This document shows positions 8,387 to 17,503 of a DNA stretch of 27,554 nucleotides, piece after piece; the stretch's first letter is position 1, and every line of letters starts with the position of its first letter. Location of the stretch: the NCBI GenBank assembly GCA_023129815.1, contig JAGMBH010000148.1:1-27554 (forward strand), written 5' to 3'. The stretch is from Dehalococcoidia bacterium. Lineage in GTDB: Bacteria > Chloroflexota > Dehalococcoidia > GIF9 > AB-539-J10. Below the pieces are notes generated by a model that saw nothing but the letters and a program-made list of their open reading frames with translations, made no database searches and was not told where the DNA came from. The translations under genes were made by a program, and so were the position numbers.

Positions 8387-9253
8387 ATGCAGCATGTAGA
8401 AATAGTTGATTGGCTTGGCACTCATGGCATCCGTGTCCTTGCTATCGTTATTATTGCCGTTGTTTTACGCTACTTGCTTCGCCGTTTTGTGCCTTTACTG
8501 ATTGAGAGGTCTATCTCCCGGCAAATGAAAAAGCGACCCAAGGGAGAAATGAAAAAGAGAGCTGATACTCTATCCTCAGTTTTTGTTAATACAGGCACAA
8601 TCATTATCGTCATTTTTGCCATTTTCACCATGCTACCTGAGTTTGGAGTGAATATCGCCGCAATGTTAGCCGGACTGGGCATTGTGGGCATCGCTATTGG
8701 TTTTGGTGCCCAAAGTTTAATCAAGGACTTGCTTGCTGGTATCTTTATCTTACTAGAAGACCAATACAGAGTGGGCGATGTAGTTAATGTTGCTGGCATT
8801 GGTGGTTTAGTTGAGGAAATAGGGTTACGTCGCACTATCCTCAGAGATTTAGACGGCATAGTTCATTCCGTTCCCAATAGCGAAATTAAAGTAGCCAGCA
8901 ATTTTACCAAGGGATATTCCAGGGTGAATCTAAATATCTCAGTAGCCTATGGAGAAGACCTTGACCATGTTATTGAAGTCATAAATAGAGTCTGTAAGGA
9001 AATGGCTGAGGATTCCAAATGGAGTGCAGACTTCGTGAGTACACCAAAGGTGCTCAGGGTAGATAAGTTGGGGGATTCAGGCATTGACATTAAAATACTG
9101 GGAGATACCAAACCATTACGCCAGTGGGATGTAATGGGAGAATTACGCCTTCGAATTAAAAGGACTTTTGATAAGGAAGGGATTGAAATTCCTTGGCCGC
9201 ATACTAAGGTCTACTTTGGCAACAAACCTCCCAGAATAGAAAAGGGCAGCTAG
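8387..9253 (+). CDS. mscS: Small-conductance mechanosensitive channel (MscS/YbiO-like)
   Basis: Three TM-like segments, AGLGIVGIAIGFGAQSLIKD, QYRVGDVV, GLVEEIGLRRT and GIEIPWP. Confidence 0.93.
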   Translation: MQHVEIVDWLGTHGIRVLAIVIIAVVLRYLLRRFVPLLIERSISRQMKKRPKGEMKKRADTLSSVFVNTGTIIIVIFAIFTMLPEFGVNIAAMLAGLGIVGIAIGFGAQSLIKDLLAGIFILLEDQYRVGDVVNVAGIGGLVEEIGLRRTILRDLDGIVHSVPNSEIKVASNFTKGYSRVNLNISVAYGEDLDHVIEVINRVCKEMAEDSKWSADFVSTPKVLRVDKLGDSGIDIKILGDTKPLRQWDVMGELRLRIKRTFDKEGIEIPWPHTKVYFGNKPPRIEKGS

Positions 9254-9290
9254 CATCGAAGAACTCCCCGGATACGAAGGCTGAGCCATC

Positions 9291-10295
9291 TTAAACTCGG
9301 GAGGTAGCAAGCTCAGCCACTAAAAGTTCCAGGGCTAATTGGTCATTGTATTTGCCAGTTTTTATGGCTAGATCAGTTTCCAAAAGCTTATCATAAGCTC
9401 GTTTTATGTGCTCAAAATCATATAGTTTGGCCTGACTGAGTGTTTTATCCAGAGCATAATTTGCGGTTAAGCCTAATTTATCTTGAATTTGCTGTCGGGA
9501 CAATCCCGAACCCAACTCTCTAGCTTGTGCTATTAAACGGAACTGCCTGGTAATCATGGCTAGGATGTAAGTCGCTGCGATACCTTCCTGATAGAGCCGG
9601 TGTAGCATCCGCTGGGCTATTTGGGTTTGACCTTCGACGATGGCATCCACCAAGGCAAAGATGTTAGTCTCCTGTGCATAGCTTACCAGTTGTCTAACAT
9701 CGTCTTCACCAATAGGACGTCCTTGGGTATAGAGAAGCAACTTCAAGAGCTCATTGTTCATCGCCCATAAGTTTCCACCTATAAGTTCAGCGAGCAAACT
9801 CACAGCATCTGAGGTGATGCTGCCACCCTCTTCACTTACTCGCTGTTGTATCCAAGCGGCTAACCCCCTACCTCGCAGCAGAGGAAAAGTCTTCACTTTA
9901 GCCAATGACGAAAGCTTCCTTAACAAAGGGTTATGACTACTTATTCTGCTATCATCAACTAGCACTAGCATGGTGGTTGGTGCCATTTGCTTAATATAAG
10001 AGACCAAACCTTCCCCTAGTTCGTTTTCGGATTTAGTGACGGCACGTTTACTAAATCGCTGCTTGCCTGGCTTCGGCTCAAACCTCTTCAGTAAGCCATC
10101 GACTATAACCAAACGATATGGAGACAAGAAAGGAGCAACAGTACAATTGTCCTGAAGCTCGCTTAAGGTTAAATGCTGGCCATCCAGCTTAGTAGTATTA
10201 ACTGCCAGCATTTGTGGGTCGCCTAAGTCAGTTTTAATCCTCTCTAAAGCTCGATTGAGGGAGAAATCATCCTGACCATAAAGAATATAAAACAT
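9291..10295 (-). CDS. holA: DNA polymerase III delta subunit
   Basis: YILYGQDDF start, PFLSPYRLVIV, NELLKLLLY, IFALVDAI and DLAIKTG. Confidence 0.92.
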   Translation of the reverse strand: MFYILYGQDDFSLNRALERIKTDLGDPQMLAVNTTKLDGQHLTLSELQDNCTVAPFLSPYRLVIVDGLLKRFEPKPGKQRFSKRAVTKSENELGEGLVSYIKQMAPTTMLVLVDDSRISSHNPLLRKLSSLAKVKTFPLLRGRGLAAWIQQRVSEEGGSITSDAVSLLAELIGGNLWAMNNELLKLLLYTQGRPIGEDDVRQLVSYAQETNIFALVDAIVEGQTQIAQRMLHRLYQEGIAATYILAMITRQFRLIAQARELGSGLSRQQIQDKLGLTANYALDKTLSQAKLYDFEHIKRAYDKLLETDLAIKTGKYNDQLALELLVAELATSRV

Positions 10296-10365
10296 CCTTT
10301 GCTATTCTATCACAGGGCAAACTCCCTTGGGGGAAGCTAAGGCATAAATGTGGTAAAATATAAAT

Positions 10366-11457
10366 ATGAAAATTGCTATCATCGGGCTACCAAAGAGCGG
10401 CAAAACAACAGTTTTTAATGCTTTAACCAAAGGCAAAGCTGAAGTTGCCGCTTATTCCCCTTCTCTGACCCCGAATATAGGTGTGGCTAAAGTGCCTGAC
10501 TCACGATTATCAGCACTAGAAAATATATTCCATCCTAAAAAAACAGTTCCGGCTGAAGTAAGCTACACAGACATCGCCGGCTCACCTAAAGCTTTTAGCA
10601 ACAAGGAGGAAATAGGAGGAGGACTTTTGAGCTATCTGACTACTGCTGATGCCCTGCTCCAAGTAGTTCGAGCTTTCGAAGACGGAAAAATACCCCATCC
10701 TGAGGGAAGCGTAGACCCTAAGAGAGATATAGCTACCTTAGATTTAGAACTCGCCTTTTCCGACCTAGCCATCATTGAAAGAAAGCTGGGTAAGCTGGAG
10801 GTAACTTTAAAAGGAGCTAAAGCATCGGAACGCGGATTATACTTAAAAGAACAACTTCTGCTGCAGAAAATTAAGACAGCACTAGAAAAAGATATGCCCA
10901 TCAGAGAGCAAGGCTTAGCTAAAGATGAACTCAAAATACTGTCTACTTACCAATTTCTCACTGCTAAACCGATGCTGGTCGTCCTTAACATTGGGGAGGA
11001 GCAAATACCCCGAGCTTCGCAATTGGAGGCTGAGATAAGGTCACTTTATCCCCAATTTGCTGTAGTAGCTCTATGTGGCAAGCTGGAGATGGAGTTAGGT
11101 CAGCTCAGCAACGCTGAGGCTGAGGAATTCCGTGAAGCCATGGGGCTAACTACACCAGCGCTTGACTGGGTTATCAACCTTTCTTACCGCCTTCTAGGGC
11201 TAATTTCCTTCTTCACCACGGCTTCTGCTGAGTTAAAAGCCTGGACTATCCCTAGGGGCATCACAGCACCAAAGGCAGCAGGAAAAGTCCACTCTGATAT
11301 GGAAAGAGGGTTTATCCGCGCTGAGGTAATTAGCTATAGTGATTTGGAGAGATGTGGCAATTTAGCTGAGGCACGGAAAAGGGGGTTGCTTAAAATGGAG
11401 GGTAAGAATTACGTCGTCCAGGATGGCGACGTAATTACCTTTCTATTTAATGTTTAA
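10366..11457 (+). CDS. ychF: Redox-regulated Obg-like ATPase YchF
   Basis: IIGLPKSGKTT P-loop, DIAG, QVVRAF, AAGKVHSDMERGFIRAE and EGKNYVVQDGDVITFLFNV. Confidence 0.97.
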   Translation: MKIAIIGLPKSGKTTVFNALTKGKAEVAAYSPSLTPNIGVAKVPDSRLSALENIFHPKKTVPAEVSYTDIAGSPKAFSNKEEIGGGLLSYLTTADALLQVVRAFEDGKIPHPEGSVDPKRDIATLDLELAFSDLAIIERKLGKLEVTLKGAKASERGLYLKEQLLLQKIKTALEKDMPIREQGLAKDELKILSTYQFLTAKPMLVVLNIGEEQIPRASQLEAEIRSLYPQFAVVALCGKLEMELGQLSNAEAEEFREAMGLTTPALDWVINLSYRLLGLISFFTTASAELKAWTIPRGITAPKAAGKVHSDMERGFIRAEVISYSDLERCGNLAEARKRGLLKMEGKNYVVQDGDVITFLFNV

Positions 11458-11530
11458 ATAGATTAAGAGACCCTCATACATTATCCAGGTTGAATAACTT
11501 ACCTCCTCTGAATTTAAGGTAGTGCTCAAA

Positions 11531-11689
11531 GTGGAAAAGCGTGATTACTACCAAATTCTAGGGATAGGAAGAGACGCTAGTGAGGAAAAGATTGAGAGAG
11601 CTTATAAAAGGCGTGCCTTAAAATACCATCCCGACAGGAACCCAAATGACCCAAAAGCTAATGAGCAGATGAAGGAAATAAACGATTAG
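11531..11689 (+). pseudogene. Truncated DnaJ-type J-domain (52 aa)
   Basis: Hand translation from GTG: [55 protein letters not shown] motif intact; stops before the usual AYEVLSD segment and helix IV. Confidence 0.75.
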
Positions 11690-11737
11690 TCCGAAGATAC
11701 AAATAGATACTTTGTCTCTCATCACTTCACCTGCCTT

Positions 11738-11995
11738 TTAGTATCCAGCACACTTTTTACAGCAAGGAATAGGTGGGGAATATCTCCTATTCATTACAAG
11801 CTCATCTATTGGCTTTTTCTTACCACATAAGCGACAGAGGAATCGAGGCTGCCTCAATTTCTGAATCCTTGTTGCTTCACTGTGATTTCGCAAAATACCA
11901 AGTCTCTTTAACCTGCCAGCTATAATTCCTACAGGAATACCTGACATAAGCAAGGCTGCTACCATTATTAGCACTAAAAGCAATAGTTTCTTCAT
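11738..11995 (-). CDS. Hypothetical protein with an N-terminal hydrophobic segment and a C-terminal CxxC..CCxxC putative zinc finger
   Basis: ORF track; ATGA overlap with the upstream ORF; CRLC and CCKKC. Confidence 0.6.
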   Translation of the reverse strand: MKKLLLLVLIMVAALLMSGIPVGIIAGRLKRLGILRNHSEATRIQKLRQPRFLCRLCGKKKPIDELVMNRRYSPPIPCCKKCAGY

Positions 11996-12201
11996 TCTTC
12001 CACCAATCTGTGTTTCTTCACCAGCTTTTCAAAAAAAGCATTGGCTTCCTTATAAATATAAAAGTCTTTGCTGGACAGTATATCTCCTGTCTCTTCTGAC
12101 TCAACCTTGACACAGAAAAAACCAAGAGCATCAGAGCTCAACTTTAGCTTTATTGGTGTGTCCTTATCAAGTTGCCCAACAGCAGTCCTAATCTTTTTCA
12201 C
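11992..12201 (-). CDS. Hypothetical protein (69 aa)
   Basis: GTG start with GAGGGGG SD; overlaps both neighbours. Confidence 0.55.
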   Translation of the reverse strand: MKKIRTAVGQLDKDTPIKLKLSSDALGFFCVKVESEETGDILSSKDFYIYKEANAFFEKLVKKHRLVEE

Positions 12202-12391
12202 TTCCCCCCTCTACTTTCTCTAGCTCTTTAGCATGAAAATACTCGTTGTTCATAGATACCATTGAGGGAAATTTTACATGGTAAGGATATTTCCCATGAT
12301 GACGTATATCAATTATTACTCCAGTCTTATCAAAGTAAAGGGGTATTCTAGGACTCACTACCTTTACTTTATCTTCTATCTCAAGCTTCAT
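12188..12391 (-). CDS. Hypothetical protein with a KOW/SH3-like pattern
   Basis: Strong SD AAGGGAGG; pattern KVKV..P....KTGVIIDI.....YPYHVKF...F...ELEKV. Confidence 0.6.
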   Translation of the reverse strand: MKLEIEDKVKVVSPRIPLYFDKTGVIIDIRHHGKYPYHVKFPSMVSMNNEYFHAKELEKVEGGSEKD

Positions 12392-12457
12392 TTTATTATC
12401 CTCCCTTCATTACCATTCAGTCTTTCTTGAAAGCTAATTTCCCATAGTCACCACCTC

Positions 12458-12748
12458 CTATGTTGTTAATTCCACTTTACGGGAGTTTTTATCAAACCAA
12501 CCTTCATAGAGTATTAAATCCGGGTGCTCATCGAGTGCAGCCCAATTTTCGACTTTAATTCCCTTCTCTATTGCCTGAACTTCACTGAAAATCCTAAAAT
12601 TGAAAGATTTATCAGTTTTAGATTTCAATCTCTGCTGCACTACAGCTTTGAGATGCCAGACCCAATCTGGGTCTTCCTTTTTCTCCGTCACTAGATACGA
12701 CCCTACTGGGTCTGGTATGTTTTTCGGTTTTTCAGTTTTCCAAAACAT
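12458..12748 (-). CDS. Conserved hypothetical protein, paralog of 20278-20622
   Basis: Shares MFWK, PD.VG..LV.E.K..PDWVW.LK.VV and L.E.PDLILYEGWFDK.S.KV with the second copy. Confidence 0.85.
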   Translation of the reverse strand: MFWKTEKPKNIPDPVGSYLVTEKKEDPDWVWHLKAVVQQRLKSKTDKSFNFRIFSEVQAIEKGIKVENWAALDEHPDLILYEGWFDKNSRKVELTT

Positions 12749-12855
12749 TTTAGCCCCCTATTATTGGTTTTCCCCCAACGCCAATTTTTCATAAGCATCA
12801 CCTCCTTTGGCTCATGGCTTTCTCATCAACGCTGTAGGTAGACAGAATAATTTGA

Positions 12856-13254
12856 CTATCTCGAAATGTAGAATAGGAAGCTACCTTCAGCTATAACCGT
12901 GTTATCTTCAAGGGTAAGCACTCCCTTAGCCTCCACTAATCTTTTTGTTATTTTGATAACCCAACCAGAGGCTTGAATTGGTTCCCCTATGGGTGCTACA
13001 TGTTTAAACTTTACTTCACTCTTGATGGTAGCGCCAACATTAATTCCGTGGTAGAGAATACTATAACCAGTTACCACATCGAGGAGGGTATAGAGGATGC
13101 CGCCATGAGTAGCATTTTTGCAGCCTTGGTGAAATTCGCCTGGGGTAAACTCTGCCCTAACCTTTTCTCCATCATAAACAGGTTTCAGCTTCAGCCCTAT
13201 AGGATTATCTTCGCCGCACCCAAAGGAAAGTCCAGTTGGGAATTCAACGTCCAT
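12856..13254 (-). CDS. PaaI/hotdog-fold thioesterase
   Basis: Start moved to MDVEF (GGAGGA SD). FGCGEDNPIGL, HQG..NATHGGILYTLLD and PIGE motifs. Confidence 0.88.
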   Translation of the reverse strand: MDVEFPTGLSFGCGEDNPIGLKLKPVYDGEKVRAEFTPGEFHQGCKNATHGGILYTLLDVVTGYSILYHGINVGATIKSEVKFKHVAPIGEPIQASGWVIKITKRLVEAKGVLTLEDNTVIAEGSFLFYISR

Positions 13255-13374
13255 TATGATTCCTCCCATGTTACTGCCTAAAGTGGGCAACCAGAACCCC
13301 GAGCTACACCACCATTTTAACCCGCCTAAAATCGCCACTCAGGGAGAGTCCTTTTTTCTGCTTGTCTAACATCC

Positions 13375-13596
13375 TTAATACTCAATAACGGCTATCTTTT
13401 CTCCAGTTTTAACTATCTGCTCTGGTGAAACTGCTACTTCTATGACCGAGCCTTTTACTGGAGACAATATAGGGTTTTCCATCTTCATGGCCTCTATAGT
13501 GCAAATTACTCCGCCTTCCTCAACAGTATTACCGACAGTAACATTGACTTGCAATATTTTCCCAGGTAGCGGTGCTTCAATTACCTCTTGTGCCAT
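13375..13596 (-). CDS. Stand-alone biotin carboxyl carrier protein
   Basis: APLPGKI and the EAMKMEN biotinylation motif; SD AAGGAGG. Confidence 0.92.
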   Translation of the reverse strand: MAQEVIEAPLPGKILQVNVTVGNTVEEGGVICTIEAMKMENPILSPVKGSVIEVAVSPEQIVKTGEKIAVIEY

Positions 13597-13679
13597 TTCT
13601 ACATAGCCTCCTTAACTAGTGACTTCATTACAATTTTTTAATCCACCACTCATCTCTTACCTATGTTTACTCATACATA

Positions 13680-13757
13680 TCACCTCTTCTCCAGTAGTAT
13701 CAGCAGTGTCGTGACGAATACTGCTATGAATATCACCAAGAGCAACATCTCAGGCAT
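13680..13757 (-). CDS. Putative 25-aa single-TM peptide MPEMLLLVIFIAVFVTTLLILLEKR
   Basis: Hand translation. Start overlaps the stop of 13750-13965 (ATGCCTGA). About 18 hydrophobic residues with a basic C-terminus. Confidence 0.45.
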   Translation of the reverse strand: MPEMLLLVIFIAVFVTTLLILLEKR

Positions 13758-13965
13758 CACCTACAAGAATGCTGCTACTAGTCTTTTCCTCCCGATTGAC
13801 TTGCTCCTGTGCGAAACAGAAGAGATTGTATAGCCGCTGATACCGGCTCGGCTCCTCATTTTTCAAGAATTCTTCAAAAGAAATAGGATAATCTTCAGAG
13901 GCATATTGGACCCATTTATGGGCCAGTGTATGCAGGTCTTCAAATATTCTTACTCCCTTAATCAT
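13750..13965 (-). CDS. Hypothetical protein (71 aa)
   Basis: SD AGGAG; co-oriented with neighbours; no recognisable family. Confidence 0.55.
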   Translation of the reverse strand: MIKGVRIFEDLHTLAHKWVQYASEDYPISFEEFLKNEEPSRYQRLYNLFCFAQEQVNREEKTSSSILVGDA

Positions 13966-14007
13966 TTTTCTCCTAGTAAGGTGTGATTATTTTATGTTTC
14001 ATCTTCT

Positions 14008-14122
14008 TGGTGGGATGCCACTTGCCCGATTACGCCAAGGGCAGCATACGGGAGGGTGTATTCCCTTTTCCAGGGAGTAGCGGAACCTTGGAGCCCTTGT
14101 TTTTCCCTGGCAGAGCCCACCA
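14008..14122 (-). ncRNA. Candidate structured RNA or 3' UTR element, unassigned
   Basis: Ends pair (TGGTGGG/CCCACCA and TGCCA/TGGCA); internal stems CCAGGGA/TCCCTGG and TGCCC/GGGCA. Not matched to any known family. Confidence 0.35.
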
Positions 14123-14133
14123 TTGCCTGACCT

Positions 14134-15348
14134 TCAGAGTTTAGCTACTTCGGTTTGGGCTTGGGCTTCTTTTGCATACTTCTCACCTCCTTTCTTGATT
14201 ATTGTTGGGCAACCAGGAGCCCGATTAAATATAGTTTGTTTGGGTTCTTTAACCCTAGCTCTCAAATCTTCCGTAACTTCACAATATACTTGCAAGGTTT
14301 GTTCCGCGGTATGCTCCCAGGTAAATCTAGCTGCTCTTTTAAACCCTTTGTTAATAAGGGATTTTCTAAGCTCTTGATTCGTCAAAACTCCACGTATAGC
14401 TGTCGCTATCCCTTCAATATCATTTGGCTCAACTTGTATAGCTGCCTCACCAGCTATTTCAGGTAGTGAAGAGCGATTTGATACTATCACCGGGCATCCA
14501 CAAGCCATTGCTTCAAGTGGTGGGAAGCCAAAGCCTTCATAGAAGGAAGGTAAGATAAAGCACTCGGCATTAGAGTAGTAAACAGGTAATTCTTCTTCAG
14601 CAACATAATCAGTGAAAATAATATCGGTTGAGATTTCTAGCTCAATAATTACTTGTAGGGTATGCTTCCTGAACTCTGCCTCTGAACCTCCAGCCTTACC
14701 CACCTTTACCAACTTTAAGTTCTTAAATCTACTCTCACTCTTTAGTCTGCTAAAGGCTTTAAGCAAGCCAGCGAAATTCTTCCTAGGATGTTCTGAACCA
14801 ACAAAGAGGAGATAAGGATAGTCTGTGAATCGGCGTGAGGTCGGTTTGAACAATTGGTGGTCTACACCCTCATACACTACGGAGATGCGCTCCTCTGGTA
14901 TCCCTAAATGCTTAATTAGATCGTCTTTTGTTGTTTGGGATACGGCAATTATTCTGGTTGCTTTCTTTATCCCTCTGTAGTCCAGAGAAAGGTAGAGCTT
15001 ATCCCTGAGATTGGGGCGGTGGATAAAGGTGCCATATCCCTTAAGGTCGAAATACCTTATTAGGTCGTGGACAGTGATAATGTAAGGCACTCGAAGGAAA
15101 ACACCATAGCGCCCCAGATGTTGGTTAGGTAAGTGAACTGTGTTGGCTGATCTGTTCAGCGTCCTGACAAACTGCCAGTCTTGCCATAGAGCTTTCACAG
15201 CTTTAGGTGAAAAGAACGAAATATTGAATAACTCAGCTACCTGTTGATAAATATCGGAATAGATTTTAGGGACATCCAATTTTTCAGCGAGCTTCTGGGA
15301 GTAAAGGTCTTGCGACCCTTTGCCTATAGTCACCACTAACGTTACCAC
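14134..15348 (-). CDS. Glycosyltransferase family 4 (MtfB/mannosyltransferase-like)
   Basis: ITVHDL, AVSQTTKDDL, FVGSEHPRKN and EGFGFPPLEAMACGCPVI. GTG start at 15348 with GGGAGG SD overlapping the GT2 stop. Confidence 0.93.
   Translation of the reverse strand: MVTLVVTIGKGSQDLYSQKLAEKLDVPKIYSDIYQQVAELFNISFFSPKAVKALWQDWQFVRTLNRSANTVHLPNQHLGRYGVFLRVPYIITVHDLIRYFDLKGYGTFIHRPNLRDKLYLSLDYRGIKKATRIIAVSQTTKDDLIKHLGIPEERISVVYEGVDHQLFKPTSRRFTDYPYLLFVGSEHPRKNFAGLLKAFSRLKSESRFKNLKLVKVGKAGGSEAEFRKHTLQVIIELEISTDIIFTDYVAEEELPVYYSNAECFILPSFYEGFGFPPLEAMACGCPVIVSNRSSLPEIAGEAAIQVEPNDIEGIATAIRGVLTNQELRKSLINKGFKRAARFTWEHTAEQTLQVYCEVTEDLRARVKEPKQTIFNRAPGCPTIIKKGGEKYAKEAQAQTEVAKL
14145..14177 (-). CDS. Lys/Pro micropeptide MQKKPKPKPK
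   Basis: AAAGGAGGTGA-N5-ATG; nested out of frame in the GT4 3' tail; near-identical peptide at 21963-21995. Confidence 0.65.
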   Translation of the reverse strand: MQKKPKPKPK

Positions 15349-16196
15349 TTCAGCCTCCCTGATAGGTAGCCTGCCCTCTGAGCCATCTTGGTAAACAAAA
15401 GCAAAACAAAGGAGCGGACCCATAGGTCTTTAAATTTAAAGATGCCCTCTCTAAATCCTTTATCCCTTCCACGTACTAACTTGCGGTAATAGCCGTCTTT
15501 AAGAAGCCCTCGGAGACTTCTGCCGTATCTAAAATTTATCCTCCAGGTTTTTATTAGGCCATGCTCTTTGTGGTAGACAGAGGCAGGCAAAATTCCTACC
15601 TTAGAGGATACTTTATGCGCTTCGAAATAGATGATGGCATGGTCGTGATGAATGACAACAGGAATTATCTCTCTGGGGATTGCCCGGAAAGCCTTTTCTA
15701 AAATCTCTCGCTTAAAAAACCTCGGCAACAAATTTCCCTCCAATGGGTCAAAATTTGGTTGAAGATGAATTAGCCTTCTATCTGCTTCGTAAAGCCTCTC
15801 GAAAAAACTTCTTGGTTTATAAGAGAGTTCCTCGAGAGCCAACATATCGTAGCTATCCATCATAAGTAGCGCTCGTTCTACAGCGGTAGGCTCCAAAATC
15901 TGGTCGGAATCAAGGAGAAGGATGAAATCAGCTTGGGATTGGAGAAATCCCGCATACCTTGCCCCAAGAAGCTTTCCTTCATAAGAGATAAATTTGGCGC
16001 TAAAGCTTCCTATAATGTCCTTCGTTTGATCAGTGGATTTGCTATCCACGACCAGAGTCTCTATATTGGAATAGCTTTGGTCCTTCACTGAAGCGAGGCA
16101 ATCGCCGATGACATCCTCGGAATTCATGGTAGGGATAATTACTGAAACCAGAGGTTTGTCCTCCCTCAAGTTTTCTTTCCTTCCTCTCCTTAACAC
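15342..16196 (-). CDS. Glycosyltransferase family 2
   Basis: LVSVIIPTMN, VVDSKSTDQT and the DxD motif LLLDSD. Confidence 0.92.
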   Translation of the reverse strand: MLRRGRKENLREDKPLVSVIIPTMNSEDVIGDCLASVKDQSYSNIETLVVDSKSTDQTKDIIGSFSAKFISYEGKLLGARYAGFLQSQADFILLLDSDQILEPTAVERALLMMDSYDMLALEELSYKPRSFFERLYEADRRLIHLQPNFDPLEGNLLPRFFKREILEKAFRAIPREIIPVVIHHDHAIIYFEAHKVSSKVGILPASVYHKEHGLIKTWRINFRYGRSLRGLLKDGYYRKLVRGRDKGFREGIFKFKDLWVRSFVLLLFTKMAQRAGYLSGRLKW

Positions 16197-17239
16197 TAAA
16201 GTGATTCAAAGAGTTCTATAAACCTTTGGGCTACTCCTCTTGCCGATTTCTCAGCCATAAATTTCTCCACTGCCTCTTGATCTGCCTTCCTCCCCTCAAA
16301 TACTTGAGCTAAAACCTCTTTTAGTTCATCAAGGTCTTTATATTTCAAAACTTCCTCCCCTAAATCCTCTGTATACCTTCCCTCTAACATGATGATGGGG
16401 CATCCGGAGCCTAAACAGAGATACACTGTGCTGGGGACAACAATATTGAAGCTTTGCTTGTAAAGCAGCAATGCATCTGAAGCGTGTAAGTAGTCATAAA
16501 GCTCCTCAACTGTCGCCCCTCCTTCCCTTATCTGAATGAAGCTATATCTATCCTGAGCTTTATCTAATAGCTCTGACCTTCCTTCAGCGGCAAGAACCAA
16601 ATATAGCAGGGGGTATTCCTGGTTTAAGTTTTCAAGAGGTAGAAGTGTAGGGAAGTGTTGATGAATGACAATGCCATAACTAAAGACAATTTTCTTATCC
16701 TGAGGTAGACCTAGTTTTTCTCTAGCTTGCCTTTTGTCGCCAGGTTTCAAGGGATGGCAGGGATAAGGAATAATATGAATCCTATCTGGAGGAAACTTCC
16801 TAATAAGCTCCCTTTGATAGCGCTCATCGAAGCAGCCAATAGCATCGAAATCGAATTGGTAGAACTCAGGGTAAGGCGGTAAATAGCCTTCATGGATGAC
16901 CAGGATTGTCTTTGCCTTAGCTTTTATCTGGGGCCAAATCTCAAGTAGCTTATCCATAGGCATAAGCTCAAGGTTTTGAATAATGAAGATGTCACAGCCT
17001 GACTCAAGACAAACTTCCTTATTGAGTGACGAAGGCTTAAGGCCCTTAACAGGCTCTCTATCTACGGTGTAGCAGCGGGTGACATATGATTCATCCTTAT
17101 CAGTTATCACATTTTCATCGTTAGCTGGGGCAAAGACCTTAAGCTCATGCCCCGTCTTCACCCATTCCCTACCCACAAGCTCAGCATGCACTGCTACCCC
17201 ACAGGCAGCATTCCATGGGCTCATCATCGCTATTTTCAT
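16196..17239 (-). CDS. Atypical GT-B (GT4-like) glycosyltransferase, paralog B
   Basis: MKIAMMSPWN..GVAVHAELVG; AREKLGLP; DALLL..CLGSGCPII; ends AQRFIELFESL. Confidence 0.82.
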   Translation of the reverse strand: MKIAMMSPWNAACGVAVHAELVGREWVKTGHELKVFAPANDENVITDKDESYVTRCYTVDREPVKGLKPSSLNKEVCLESGCDIFIIQNLELMPMDKLLEIWPQIKAKAKTILVIHEGYLPPYPEFYQFDFDAIGCFDERYQRELIRKFPPDRIHIIPYPCHPLKPGDKRQAREKLGLPQDKKIVFSYGIVIHQHFPTLLPLENLNQEYPLLYLVLAAEGRSELLDKAQDRYSFIQIREGGATVEELYDYLHASDALLLYKQSFNIVVPSTVYLCLGSGCPIIMLEGRYTEDLGEEVLKYKDLDELKEVLAQVFEGRKADQEAVEKFMAEKSARGVAQRFIELFESL

Positions 17240-17408
17240 TTTTCCCCCTTGTGTAAGCTTCGAGAAGCCTCCTTTTGCCTTCGCTCAAACCTTAGCCACA
17301 ATAGTATTCATGAACTAGCATAGTTATCCTCTATTTCTCAGGTTAAAAGGAACAAAATACCCTTTTACTTCAAACAGAAGCTGTTTATGGTTTTTACTTC
17401 CCTTTCCG

Positions 17409-17495
17409 CTACTTCTTCTTTGAAGGCTTTGGCATGGACGCTGGCTTTGCTGCCCCAGCCTTCCCCTTCTTCCTTTTCTTCTCTTTTTTATCCAT
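17409..17495 (-). CDS. Basic micropeptide MDKKEKKRKKGKAGAAKPASMPKPSKKK
   Basis: AGGAGG SD overlapping the upstream GT stop; similar to 20148-20246. Confidence 0.65.
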   Translation of the reverse strand: MDKKEKKRKKGKAGAAKPASMPKPSKKK

Positions 17496-17503
17496 CTCCC
17501 CTC

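Noticed and set aside
13262-13312. tRNA-like start GGTGGTGTAGCTC upstream of the thioesterase
   Set aside because: No D-loop AG..GG, anticodon arm or GTTCGA T-loop; no cloverleaf.
14090-14130. Fluoride-riboswitch-like start GGCAATGG..TGCC
   Set aside because: Loop length is off and the downstream GCTRATGAC-type pseudoknot partner is missing.
17240-17408. Tiny ORFs MLVHEYYCG and MNTIVAKV between the GT paralogs
   Set aside because: Weak SD, no similarity to the Lys/Pro family, and no second copy.
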